Positions 27,685 through 36,945 of a stretch of DNA of 64,000 nucleotides are shown here, piece after piece. The position numbers and the translations under genes were made by a program. This DNA is from an uncultured Pseudomonadota bacterium (GTDB taxonomy: Bacteria; Pseudomonadota; Alphaproteobacteria; Rs-D84), in contig CADBLE010000001.1 of the NCBI GenBank assembly GCA_902795435.1, positions 9,754-73,753 of the forward strand. The letters are read 5' to 3'. The first letter of the stretch is position 1; the number at the start of each line of letters is the position of its first letter. The notes below the pieces were generated by a model, which was not told where the DNA came from, made no database searches, and saw only the letters and a program-made list of their open reading frames with translations.

Positions 27685-28413
27685 ATGGTTGAAAAAATGA
27701 TTGAAACACATGTATTAAAATCCTATCAATGTGATAGATATGGTTTTATGCGCCCAATAATGTTGATGAATGAATTGCAGGGTTTGGCGGGAAAACATGC
27801 TGATATTTTGGGTGCAGGACGCGAAAATTGTTTCGCGCGTGGTATCGCATGGGTTGTGACCCACATGTTCATAGACATAATAGATATGCCAACCGCGAAA
27901 GAAAAATTGGTTTATTCAACATGGCCGTCTGTATCGGGTGCGGTTCGCAGTGAACGTGATTTTGAAATCAGAGATGAAGCGGGCAATCTGAAAATTCGTG
28001 CAATTTCCCAATGGGTTTTAATAGATTTGCAAACGCGTCGTCCGGTTCGTATTACCGATTATTTCCCAGAATGGACGGGATTACCAGAACGTATCTGGGA
28101 CAGAAATTTTGACAAAGCATCTGATTTTATTCCAACTAAATCACATGTTATGGCATGTCGTTTTGATGATATTGATGTAAATCAGCATATAAACAATGCG
28201 GTTTACAGTGTATGGGCGACTGAATCAGTCGGATTTGAATACAGAAATAATCATAAATTGCGTGGTATGGATATTTATTTTGAACACGAAATAAACCCAA
28301 ATACCCCGACGGTCAGAATAGAAGTCGCATTGGACGATAATATAACGCGTCATAAAATAATGACTGATGAAACCGAACACGCAAATATTGTGTGTTATTG
28401 GAACGAAAAATAA
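27685..28413 (+). CDS. Acyl-ACP thioesterase family protein
   Basis: Double hot-dog pattern with RFDDIDVNQHINNAVYSVW, typical of FatA/B-like thioesterases. Confidence 0.75.
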   Translation: MVEKMIETHVLKSYQCDRYGFMRPIMLMNELQGLAGKHADILGAGRENCFARGIAWVVTHMFIDIIDMPTAKEKLVYSTWPSVSGAVRSERDFEIRDEAGNLKIRAISQWVLIDLQTRRPVRITDYFPEWTGLPERIWDRNFDKASDFIPTKSHVMACRFDDIDVNQHINNAVYSVWATESVGFEYRNNHKLRGMDIYFEHEINPNTPTVRIEVALDDNITRHKIMTDETEHANIVCYWNEK

Positions 28414-28417
28414 AAAT

Positions 28418-28445
28418 TTGATAACACAATAATTTATGGTAAAAT
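28418..28445 (+). promoter_or_regulatory. sigma70-type promoter for cassette A
   Basis: TTGATA (28418-28423), 16-nt spacer, TG-extended TAAAAT (28440-28445). Confidence 0.5.
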
Positions 28446-28474
28446 ATCCTATATGAGAATATAGGATTTTTATT
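28446..28474 (+). terminator. Perfect 9-bp hairpin with GAGA loop and T-tract; 3' arm carries the AGGA Shine-Dalgarno of the next gene
   Basis: ATCCTATAT-GAGA-ATATAGGAT followed by TTTTATT, immediately before ATG 28475. Confidence 0.5.
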
Positions 28475-29521
28475 ATGAAAAAAATTGCTTTGTTATTCAC
28501 TGTTTTGCCGATTTCTGCGTTTGCTGCATCAGAAGCGGAAATTGCATTGACTACTGCTTTGTCACATGCACGTGAAAATTGTTCCGGGGTATCTGCCAAA
28601 ATGGAAAATATAAAAAAGATGGCTGGTATTGGAACGGCTGTGAATGCTGTCGGAACCGCGGCGGGTGTTGGTGGTGTGGCCAGTGGTGTTATAAAACAAA
28701 AAACAGATGTCGAAATGGCCAGAACAATGGGTGAAAAAGCCGGTATAGATTTAATAATAGAAAAATTGAAACAAAAAGAATTATCCCCAGAAAACCAAAA
28801 TCTTTTAAAACAGAGGTTTTCAATAGGTCCTGATTTAGAAAAAAATTTGGAAAAATTGGCAGCGGAGATGTCTGAATCTGACATGGGAGAAAAAATCAAC
28901 GACCTTGAAAAGAAAAGTGATGAATTGCAAAACAAAATAAACCAACAACAAAAGAAATCTGATATTGCTGGTAATGTCAGAACGGGTATGTTCGCCGTTG
29001 ATACTGTTTCTAATGTTGCGGGTGCGGTTGTTTCGTCAAAAACAATAGTAGATGATGATTTTGTAGAACAAATCAAAAAATGTACAGAATCTGTGGCGGA
29101 ATTACGTGATGCGCGTGTAAGGGCAAAGGTAGAAGATGGTGGTATGGGATTGACTCAGAATATGGATATAAGTCAGAAAATAATTGAAAAATGTGGTGAA
29201 TATGAATATGTAAATTTAACGCCATTGAAAAATTTAGGCAAAGGCGCGGTTGCAGCAAATTCTATCGGTTCTGTAACTGGTGCCACAGCAACCATAACCA
29301 GTGCGTTGGGAAACAGTAAACATTTATCTGATATGGATTTCAGAACAAAGCAAGGTTTATCAGATGTAAAAAAATATGAAAGTATGAATACTGCAAGTAA
29401 TGTTTTGGGTGGTGTGACAACGGCTGCATCTTTGACGGGAACTGTGTTAAATGCAATCCAGATAAAAGAAGCAAAAAAGATTTTAGATATTTCTTCAGAA
29501 TGTGAGGGGGCTTTGCAATGA
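28475..29521 (+). CDS. Exported small-residue/glycine-zipper-like protein, cassette A gene 1 (paralogue of 38832..39779)
   Basis: Signal peptide, four Gly/Ala/Thr/Val-rich segments (AGIGTAVNAVGTAAGVGGVASGV...), 4 conserved Cys, C-terminal ECEGALQ. Clearly alignable with the 38832 protein. Confidence 0.8.
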   Translation: MKKIALLFTVLPISAFAASEAEIALTTALSHARENCSGVSAKMENIKKMAGIGTAVNAVGTAAGVGGVASGVIKQKTDVEMARTMGEKAGIDLIIEKLKQKELSPENQNLLKQRFSIGPDLEKNLEKLAAEMSESDMGEKINDLEKKSDELQNKINQQQKKSDIAGNVRTGMFAVDTVSNVAGAVVSSKTIVDDDFVEQIKKCTESVAELRDARVRAKVEDGGMGLTQNMDISQKIIEKCGEYEYVNLTPLKNLGKGAVAANSIGSVTGATATITSALGNSKHLSDMDFRTKQGLSDVKKYESMNTASNVLGGVTTAASLTGTVLNAIQIKEAKKILDISSECEGALQ

Positions 29522-30360
29522 TAAAACGTATATTATTAGCATCTTTGTTTTTATTTATGCCAATATTCGCACATGGGGATGTTGTTTTTGGTGAAAATAT
29601 GGACGAAAAAAATATCCCATTAGATATGGATATTATGACATATGCTTTTGAAAAAGCGTTTGATATGATTATACAATATAATGACCATATTGGAGCTACA
29701 AATAAAATTCAGGATAAATTTTATAATTATTTGTTTAATAAGTATTCTGCACCTTTTTCATTAAGAGATTTAGTTGATGTATGCAGAAAGGGGGTTGGTA
29801 AAACAAAAACAAAAGAATGTGTGGATTTTGTTAATCTTTATGTTAATAGATTGGTTGAGTATCATGGAAGTGGCGTTTTTGTACCGACAGTCAAGGTAGA
29901 TAAACTTGCAGGTGCGATAGATACAAATGATGTTGCAACTGTTGAAAGATATATTCAACAAGGTGGTAATGTAAATATTATTATCAATAAGGAATTGAAT
30001 CAAACTCCTTTGAATAGAGCAGCCATGAAAGGACAAGAACAAATCGTTGATATGCTTATAAAAGCTGGAGCTTATGTAAATGTTGCTGATGCCAATAATA
30101 TTACCCCTTTGGCATGGGCAGTGTATGAAAATAATGAAAAGATAACTTTATCTTTAATAAAAGCGGGTGCAAATGTAAATGTATCTAATATTATTGGTGA
30201 TAATCTGATTGCAAGTATAATAAGTAAACAAAATATAAATATGTTTCATCTGTTGGCTAAGGCGGGGGTAGATTTACATATAACAGAAGCGTGTAATACT
30301 GTAGAACAAATGCAGGATTGGGAATATTATACAGAAGTTAGAAAGAAAGTTTGTTTTTAA
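29518..30360 (+). CDS. Exported ankyrin-repeat protein, cassette A gene 2
   Basis: ATGA overlap with the upstream gene. Signal peptide MIKRILLASLFLFMPIFAHG. ANK repeats (TPLNRAAMKGQEQIVDMLIKAGAYVN, TPLAWAVYENNEKITLSLIKAGANVN). Confidence 0.82.
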   Translation: MIKRILLASLFLFMPIFAHGDVVFGENMDEKNIPLDMDIMTYAFEKAFDMIIQYNDHIGATNKIQDKFYNYLFNKYSAPFSLRDLVDVCRKGVGKTKTKECVDFVNLYVNRLVEYHGSGVFVPTVKVDKLAGAIDTNDVATVERYIQQGGNVNIIINKELNQTPLNRAAMKGQEQIVDMLIKAGAYVNVADANNITPLAWAVYENNEKITLSLIKAGANVNVSNIIGDNLIASIISKQNINMFHLLAKAGVDLHITEACNTVEQMQDWEYYTEVRKKVCF

Positions 30361-30364
30361 AAAT

Positions 30365-30392
30365 AAAAAAAATCGCCGAAAGGCGATTTTTA
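30365..30392. terminator. Bidirectional terminator (ankyrin gene / rpmH)
   Basis: ATCGCC-GAAA-GGCGAT flanked by an A-run and a T-run. Confidence 0.65.
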
Positions 30393-30412
30393 ATTTCTGG
30401 TTACCATCATAA

Positions 30413-30565
30413 TTATTTAACAGCAGACACTGCCAAACGTTTACGGCCGGCAGCACGACGACGATTCAATACGTCACGTCCAGATTTTGTTGCCATTTTT
30501 TCACGGAATCCGTGTGTCTTTACACGACGTGTTTTAGATGGTTGATATGTTCTTTTTGTTGCCAT
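30413..30565 (-). CDS. rpmH: 50S ribosomal protein L34
   Basis: Hand translation gives [50 protein letters not shown] (50 aa, below the track cutoff). AAGGA RBS present. The track ORF 30351..30545(+) is its antisense. Confidence 0.93.
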   Translation of the reverse strand: MATKRTYQPSKTRRVKTHGFREKMATKSGRDVLNRRRAAGRKRLAVSAVK

Positions 30566-30588
30566 AATTTATCCTTTTGCTGCACCCT

Positions 30589-30617
30589 ATTTAACCACAT
30601 GTTTTTAGAAAACGCAA
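30589..30617 (-). promoter_or_regulatory. sigma70-type promoter for rpmH
   Basis: On the minus strand: TTGCGT, 17-nt spacer, TG-extended TTAAAT. Confidence 0.45.
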
Positions 30618-30905
30618 CTATTTTATTTACTTTTTACCAAACCGACCTTTTTAAGCAGTTCTAAAAACAAATAATATACAAAAAGCCAACTCATAAATTG
30701 CCAAAATGGTAAAAATATATTTTTAGTATTCATACGTTTTTTATCCTTTGTTTATGGTTAAATTATAACACACAAAATAAATTTGTCAATAATTGTTTAG
30801 TGGTAAAATTATTTGCAAAAAAATGTGTTTTTTTATGCTTTAATCCTTGACCGAAAGGGTTAAATTTTGCTATCTTTCAAGTATTGAAAAACAAGGGAAA
30901 AAGTA

Positions 30906-33680
30906 ATGTCAGAAATAAATGATTTAAACAACGAAATAAATGAAATCAAGGTTCCTACTTCGCCTATTGAACATGAAATGCGAACAAGTTTCCTTGATTA
31001 TGCTATGTCGGTTATTGTTGACCGTGCATTGCCAGATGTAAGGGACGGTTGTAAACCGGTGCATCGTCGTATTTTGTATGTTATGAATGAGGTTGCACCT
31101 GCTACAAAATCAACTGTGAAATCTGCGCGTATCGTCGGTGATGTTATGGGGCGTTATCACCCACATGGAGATTCTTCTATCTACGAAGCAATGGCACGTA
31201 TGGCACAAGATTTCTCGATGGGTGAAATGCTGGTTCAAGGTCAAGGTAACTTTGGTTCTCGCGACGGTGATAAACCTGCGGCTATGCGTTATACAGAAGC
31301 ACGCCTTTCTAAACTGGGTGCATCTTTGATGGAAGATTTAGACAAAGATACTGTTGATTGGCAACCAAATTTTGACGGTACATTACAAGAACCAGTTGTA
31401 TTGCCAACTAAATTCCCAAATTTCTTGGTGAACGGGGGCAGTGGTATTGCTGTTGGTATGGCAACAAATGTTCCAACTTATAATCTTGGTGAAATTTGCA
31501 ATGGTATTTTGGCAGTATTGGATAACAAAGATTTATCAGATGATGAATTGTTTGGAATTATACCGGGACCTGATTTCCCAACTGGTGGTGTTATCATGGG
31601 ACATGCCGGTGCATATAAAGCACACACAACCGGACGCGGTTCTATAATTGTTCGTTCTAAGACACATTTTGAAACAATCCATGACCATCCTGCAATTATC
31701 GTAGATGAATTACCATACCAGGTAAATAAATCTCAATTGATTATCAAAATTGCAGAAATGGTGAAAGATAAACGTATAGAAGGTATTTCTGATATCCGTG
31801 ATGAATCATCAAAAGAAGGCTTGCGCGTGGTTATTGAATTGAAACGTGATGTTGTGCCAGAAGTTGTTTTGAATCATTTATTCCAAGATACAGAAATGCA
31901 ATCTAATTTCCCTGTAAATATGATGGCATTGAATCGTGGTCGTCCAATGTTATTCAATGTTCGTGGTGTATTAGATGCGTTTATTGAATTCCGTGAAGAA
32001 GTTATTCGTCGTCGCACAATATTTGATTTGAACAAGGCTCGTAATCGTGCACACACATTGTTGGGTCTGTCTGTTGCATGCGGTAATCTTGACGAAGTAA
32101 TTAAATTGATTAAAGAATCTGCAAACCCAGATGAAGCAAAAACTGCGTTGTTATCACGCGGTTGGGCTGCATCTGATATTGAATCTTATATCAATTTGAT
32201 AGATGACCCAAATACTGAATACAAAGATGGAATGTTCTATATGTCCGAAGACCAAGCGAAAGCAATTCTTGAATTGCAATTACACAGATTGACTGGTCTT
32301 GAACGTGATAAAATCCACAATGATTTGACAGAATTGGGTGCGGTTATCAAAGATTTGCTGGCCATTTTGGGTAGTCACGAACGCATTGTTCAGATTATTC
32401 GTGACGAAACAACCGCGGTTCGCGACAGTTGGTCTCAACCACGCAGAACAGAAATCTCTGATGCTGAAATTGATATAGATATCGAAGATTTGATTGCACG
32501 CGAAGATATGGTTGTAACTGTTTCTAATACTGGTTATATCAAACGTGTTGCGCTGGATACATATCGTGCACAAAAACGTGGTGGCAAGGGACGTAATGCA
32601 ATGACAACAAAAGATGATGATTATGTTGTAAATGTATTCGTTGCAAATACACATACACCATTGTTGTTCTTCTCGTCTAAGGGATTATGTTATAAATTGA
32701 AAACATACAAATTACCAGAAGCATCTGCCGCAGGCAAGGGACGCCCATTGGTCAATTTGTTGCCTTTGACAGAAGGTGAAACAATAACCGCTATCTTGCC
32801 AGTGCCAGAAGACGAAGTAAAACGCGTCCAGGAATCTGGTGTAGAACATTTCTTGATGTTTGCAACTGCATCTGGAACGGTTCGTCGTAATCGTATGTCT
32901 GATTTTGATTCTATACGCGCAAATGGAAAGATTGCTATGAAATTAGACGAAGGCGATTCTTTGATTTCTGTATTGCCATGTAATGAAAACCAAGATGTGT
33001 TCTTGTCAACATATCGTGGCCGTTGCATCAGATTTGCGGTTCCTGAAATTCGTATCTTTGCAGGCCGTAATTCAACCGGTGTTCGTGGTTTAACATTACA
33101 GAAAGACGATTATGTAATCGGTATGGCTATGTTGAATCATGGTGAATCTGATTCTGTTGTTCGTGCTGCGTATGTAAAGCAAAGCCGTGCATTACGTCGT
33201 GCACAAACAGGTATAGAAGAAGAAGCAGATGCCGAAGAAGAAAACACAACATTGGTTTTGAGCGATGAACAAATGGCAAAAATGGCATTAACCGAAGAAT
33301 TCATTTTGACAATATCTGAAAATGGATTTGGAAAACGTACATCTTCATACGAATATCGTTTGACACATCGTGGCGGTAATGGATTTACCAACATTAAATT
33401 GGGTGGTAAAAATACAGCCGTTGCGGGTTCATTCCCTGTGAACGAAGACCAAGATATTATGATGGTTACAAACGGTGGTAAAATTATCAGAACTCCGGTC
33501 AAAGACGTTCGTATTGCGGGTCGTTCAACAGCGGGTGTGACATTATTCAGAACTGCTGAAAATGAAAAGGTTGTATCTGCAATCGCAATTGACCACGAAG
33601 AACCAGAAGAAAGTGTTGAATCTGAAGTTTCAGAAAACACCTCTACGGCAGAAAACGTGACGGATGGCGAAAACGCATAA
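30906..33680 (+). CDS. gyrA: DNA gyrase subunit A
   Basis: [37 protein letters not shown] (catalytic Tyr), and C-terminal beta-pinwheel repeats with an acidic tail. Confidence 0.94.
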   Translation: MSEINDLNNEINEIKVPTSPIEHEMRTSFLDYAMSVIVDRALPDVRDGCKPVHRRILYVMNEVAPATKSTVKSARIVGDVMGRYHPHGDSSIYEAMARMAQDFSMGEMLVQGQGNFGSRDGDKPAAMRYTEARLSKLGASLMEDLDKDTVDWQPNFDGTLQEPVVLPTKFPNFLVNGGSGIAVGMATNVPTYNLGEICNGILAVLDNKDLSDDELFGIIPGPDFPTGGVIMGHAGAYKAHTTGRGSIIVRSKTHFETIHDHPAIIVDELPYQVNKSQLIIKIAEMVKDKRIEGISDIRDESSKEGLRVVIELKRDVVPEVVLNHLFQDTEMQSNFPVNMMALNRGRPMLFNVRGVLDAFIEFREEVIRRRTIFDLNKARNRAHTLLGLSVACGNLDEVIKLIKESANPDEAKTALLSRGWAASDIESYINLIDDPNTEYKDGMFYMSEDQAKAILELQLHRLTGLERDKIHNDLTELGAVIKDLLAILGSHERIVQIIRDETTAVRDSWSQPRRTEISDAEIDIDIEDLIAREDMVVTVSNTGYIKRVALDTYRAQKRGGKGRNAMTTKDDDYVVNVFVANTHTPLLFFSSKGLCYKLKTYKLPEASAAGKGRPLVNLLPLTEGETITAILPVPEDEVKRVQESGVEHFLMFATASGTVRRNRMSDFDSIRANGKIAMKLDEGDSLISVLPCNENQDVFLSTYRGRCIRFAVPEIRIFAGRNSTGVRGLTLQKDDYVIGMAMLNHGESDSVVRAAYVKQSRALRRAQTGIEEEADAEEENTTLVLSDEQMAKMALTEEFILTISENGFGKRTSSYEYRLTHRGGNGFTNIKLGGKNTAVAGSFPVNEDQDIMMVTNGGKIIRTPVKDVRIAGRSTAGVTLFRTAENEKVVSAIAIDHEEPEESVESEVSENTSTAENVTDGENA

Positions 33681-33704
33681 TGAAACAAAAGGAAATGTGC
33701 AGAC

Positions 33705-34088
33705 ATGGTAAACAATAATGAATATTTTGTTGCAATAAATGATGTGGCAAAAAAATTAGATGTGCCTGCACATACCTTGCGTTATTGGGAAAAACAATTT
33801 CCAACCGCAATACGTCCAACAACTGGGGCGGGCGGACGCAGATATTATCGCCAAGAAACAATTACAAAATTGGAAACAATTAAATCTCTGCTTTATGACA
33901 AAGGTATGACAATTGCCGGTGTAAAAAAGATTTTACATAATGGCGAATTTGGTAATGAAGTAGATGAAGTAAAAAATACAAAAACACCTGTTGTAATGGA
34001 AACAAAAACAGTTGTGAAATCAGAGGACCAAGATTCCATAGAAATCGCAATAAATTTGTTAAAACAGGCCAAGATGTTTTTGGAATAA
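33705..34088 (+). CDS. MerR-family transcriptional regulator
   Basis: HTH ...VAKKLDVPAHTLRYWEKQF...GGRRYY, as in small alphaproteobacterial MerR-like proteins. Confidence 0.75.
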   Translation: MVNNNEYFVAINDVAKKLDVPAHTLRYWEKQFPTAIRPTTGAGGRRYYRQETITKLETIKSLLYDKGMTIAGVKKILHNGEFGNEVDEVKNTKTPVVMETKTVVKSEDQDSIEIAINLLKQAKMFLE

Positions 34089-34108
34089 AAAGACAGTAAA
34101 AAAATTAA

Positions 34109-34138
34109 AAAAAAGCCGGTAAATGCCGGCCTTTTTTT
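34109..34138. terminator. Bidirectional terminator; copy 1 of a repeated hairpin
   Basis: A-run, then GCCGG-TAAAT-GCCGGC, then T-run. The same 23-mer recurs at 35077..35099. Confidence 0.65.
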
Positions 34139-34142
34139 GTTA

Positions 34143-35012
34143 TTATTTTTTTATTTTTAATACAGGTATTTTACGGAATAAATATACTTTATAATTGACT
34201 TTGTTTTTAACAGCAATACGCAACAATGGAATGTTAAATAAAAATAATTCATATACAGTATTGTAAGAATCTTTTTCCATTTTTATATTGTTTCTGAGCA
34301 TATATGATTTTATGTAATCAATTAAAATTTCATTATCAAGATATGGGTATAAACAACGTAATTTTTTAATCTTAGCAATAACAACCTTTTTTACGAAAGG
34401 AAGTCCTTTAGTTAATGTTTCCAATGGGTTTGGACTGGTTTGCATAAGAGATTTTATTTTGAAACCATGACGAATTATCATATTTGATAAACCAACTTCG
34501 TATTTATAACAAATATCTATTTTTGTGTTTTCGTGTTTTATTTTATTTACGAAATTATCAAAAAATTCACTTGTAAATATTTGTTTAGAAAAACCCACAA
34601 ACCATGATTGTATATGAACAGGTGTATGTGCACCATGGGAATCTGTCATACCAACCAATTGTGTATCAGAAGATTCAAGTGTTTCTAAAATGTGGCTGAT
34701 GTCAAATAATGGCCCAAACACAGAATCGTTTACAAAATACATCCAATCATAGTTGGCTAAAATTTTGTTTTCTTTTGCCCATAAATATCCGCGTTTATAA
34801 GAACCAAAATCATATTCCAAATGTCTTTTTGCATTTGCATATAAAACATTTGGAATGGTTGATATTTTTTCCAGTTCTGTATCTGGTAAATCATTATCAG
34901 CAAAGAAAACAACATCACCGATTTTAGATAATTCTGATACATAATAAATTACAGTATTATCAACAATGTTGTCTTTATCATAACCAGCAAATAAAAATAA
35001 ACGTCTAGTCAT
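34143..35012 (-). CDS. Rhamnan-synthesis-protein-F (RgpF)-like glycosyltransferase
   Basis: LFAGYDKDNIVDNTVIYYVSEL...EYDFGSYKRG resembles the RgpF family as I remember it. Confidence 0.55.
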   Translation of the reverse strand: MTRRLFLFAGYDKDNIVDNTVIYYVSELSKIGDVVFFADNDLPDTELEKISTIPNVLYANAKRHLEYDFGSYKRGYLWAKENKILANYDWMYFVNDSVFGPLFDISHILETLESSDTQLVGMTDSHGAHTPVHIQSWFVGFSKQIFTSEFFDNFVNKIKHENTKIDICYKYEVGLSNMIIRHGFKIKSLMQTSPNPLETLTKGLPFVKKVVIAKIKKLRCLYPYLDNEILIDYIKSYMLRNNIKMEKDSYNTVYELFLFNIPLLRIAVKNKVNYKVYLFRKIPVLKIKK

Positions 35013-35076
35013 CAGATATCCTTTTGTTATTCATACTGTATAAATTTGATATTATAAAGACAAGATATTTTTTTAT

Positions 35077-35105
35077 AAAAAAAGCCGGTAAATGCCGGCA
35101 ATTTT
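35077..35105. repeat. Copy 2 of the AAAAAAAGCCGGTAAATGCCGGC hairpin
   Basis: Identical 23-mer, in the same orientation as 34108..34130, with a similar T-rich tail. Confidence 0.8.
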
Positions 35106-35151
35106 TTGTTTAATTTAAAAATATGTTTTTGAATACATATTTATACTTTAT

Positions 35152-35179
35152 TTGATTATTGAAATATATGACTTATAAT
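35152..35179 (+). promoter_or_regulatory. sigma70-type promoter placed for a leaderless transcript
   Basis: TTGATT (35152-35157), 16-nt spacer, TATAAT (35174-35179). ATG 35186 lies 6 nt after the -10, with no SD. Confidence 0.5.
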
Positions 35180-35185
35180 TGGCTT

Positions 35186-36916
35186 ATGAAATCAAAAACC
35201 TATCTTATCAATAACAAAGAACTCATGTCCGAATGGGACTATGAGAAGAATATTGATTTAGATCCAAAAATATTAACACCTGGTTCAAATAAAAAATCGT
35301 GGTGGGTTTGTAAAAAATGTGGGCATAAGTGGTGTACAACAATTCATCATAGAGCAGTTAGAAAACAAGATTGTCCAAAGTGTCGTTATGTTTTTAAGAA
35401 AAAAATAAATTCTAAATTAACAATTACACACCAAAAAACAAATCAATATTGGTTGTATGAAAAAAACGGTTTGTTAAAACCAGAATTATTTAGTCAATAT
35501 TCTAGTCAAAAGGTATGGTGGAAATGTCCAGATTGTGGTTACGAATGGGAAGAAAAAATTAAAAACCAAGTAAAAAAACTGGTATGGTGCCCACAATGTA
35601 AAAGGGGTATAAAAGATTTGGCTTCTACAAAACCAGAACTTTTAAAAGAGTGGAATTATAACAAAAATACCATATCACCAAACCATATAACATATGCTAG
35701 TAATAAATATGCTTGGTGGAAATGTAGTAAATGTGGTTATGAATGGAAAGCAAAAATCTCTAACAGATCATTATTAAACCGTGGTTGCCCTTGTTGTTCA
35801 GAACCTGTAAGAGTTGTTGTCCCAGGGATAAATGATTTAAAAACAAAATTTCCATACATAGCCAAAGAATGGCACCCAACAAAAAATGGTGATTTGGTAC
35901 CAGAACAATTTGCTGGTGGTTCTAAACAAAAAGTTTGGTGGCTATGCCCAATTGGGCACGAATATCAAGCCACTATAAATCATAGAACACACCCAGACGG
36001 AACAGGGTGTCCAATATGTTATTCTGGCAGACAAACATCATTTGCTGAACAAGCAATATATTTTTATGTGAATAAATTATATCCTGATGCAATAAGCAGA
36101 TATACAGCAGATTTCCTTGGTAAATTTGAATTGGATATTTATATACCATCAATTAAATACGCAATAGAATACGACGGCGAAGCGTGGCATAAAGAAAACA
36201 AAATAGAACGAGAAAAAAGAAAATATAAACTTTGTAAAGATAACGGAATTACATTACTCAGAATGCGTGAAAAAATGCCAGAATTGGGGACTGAAATTGC
36301 TGACTATATGATAAGTATGCCAAATTTATATGAACATAAAAATCTAGAATTTGCTTTAAGACAATTGCTAATAAAATTGAATTTATACAAACCAATATCA
36401 AATACTTTGATAAATTTAGAAAGAGATAAAAACAAGATTCTTGAATATAAAAAATCTGCTGTATCAGATTCTTTATTATCAGTTAGACCGGATATAGCTA
36501 TGGAATGGCATCCAACTAAAAATGGTAATTTATTACCTAGCATGTTTAAACCTGGTTCTAGTCATAGGGTGTGGTGGATGTGTCCTAAATGTGGTTGTGA
36601 ATATCAAACGGCTATACACCATAGAACAAGAAAGGGACAGGAAACCGGTTGTCCAAAATGTGCCTTAAAGAAGAATGGAGTTTCTAGTCGGGTTGCAGTA
36701 AACATGATATCTCTCGAAACAAATGAAGTGATAAAAACATTTGTTTCTATATCTGAAGCAGGAAGACAGATGAAAATAAATCCAGCAAATATAGGAAGTG
36801 TATGTAGAGGACAACGAAATTATGCGGGTGGTTATAAGTGGAAATACGCTGATGAGAAAATAGCTAAAAAATATAAAGAACACATTACACAAATAGAAAT
36901 GAAATTTAATAACTAA
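35186..36916 (+). CDS. Five-fold zinc-ribbon repeat protein with PD-(D/E)XK nuclease core and C-terminal NUMOD/IENR-like HTH (homing-endonuclease-like)
   Basis: Five repeats of W..(K/T)KN.....GS..K.WW.C..CG..W......R.....CP.C. Nuclease-like ELDIYIP...IEYDGEAWH. C-terminal ...ISEAGRQMKINPANIGSVCRG...AGGYKWKY. The start could also be TTG 35159. Confidence 0.7.
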   Translation: MKSKTYLINNKELMSEWDYEKNIDLDPKILTPGSNKKSWWVCKKCGHKWCTTIHHRAVRKQDCPKCRYVFKKKINSKLTITHQKTNQYWLYEKNGLLKPELFSQYSSQKVWWKCPDCGYEWEEKIKNQVKKLVWCPQCKRGIKDLASTKPELLKEWNYNKNTISPNHITYASNKYAWWKCSKCGYEWKAKISNRSLLNRGCPCCSEPVRVVVPGINDLKTKFPYIAKEWHPTKNGDLVPEQFAGGSKQKVWWLCPIGHEYQATINHRTHPDGTGCPICYSGRQTSFAEQAIYFYVNKLYPDAISRYTADFLGKFELDIYIPSIKYAIEYDGEAWHKENKIEREKRKYKLCKDNGITLLRMREKMPELGTEIADYMISMPNLYEHKNLEFALRQLLIKLNLYKPISNTLINLERDKNKILEYKKSAVSDSLLSVRPDIAMEWHPTKNGNLLPSMFKPGSSHRVWWMCPKCGCEYQTAIHHRTRKGQETGCPKCALKKNGVSSRVAVNMISLETNEVIKTFVSISEAGRQMKINPANIGSVCRGQRNYAGGYKWKYADEKIAKKYKEHITQIEMKFNN

Positions 36917-36945
36917 TTAAAGTGTATAAAAAAACGAAGTTTTCT

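Noticed and set aside
28225-29076. 283-aa antisense ORF opposite cassette A gene 1. Similar long antisense ORFs lie at 39218..39742, 42241..42858, 33137..33715, 22792..23238 and 56484..56993.
   Set aside because: All lie fully inside well-supported genes on the other strand. They arise where the sense strand is rich in GCN/GGN/ACN codons, so the antisense has few stops. They lack RBS or promoter signals, and their products are low-complexity.
30361-30412. Expected rnpA downstream of rpmH
   Set aside because: rpmH is followed immediately by a strong bidirectional hairpin terminator and then the convergent ankyrin gene. No RnaseP-protein-like ORF is present, so rnpA must lie elsewhere. This is not an annotation gap.
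30566-30905. Replication origin in the rpmH-gyrA divergent spacer
   Set aside because: Only one near-consensus DnaA box is present (TTAACCACA at 30591-30599), and it coincides with the -10/extended -10 of the rpmH promoter on the opposite strand. The two TTATCCTTT sites are poor matches. No box cluster, dnaA or dnaN is nearby.
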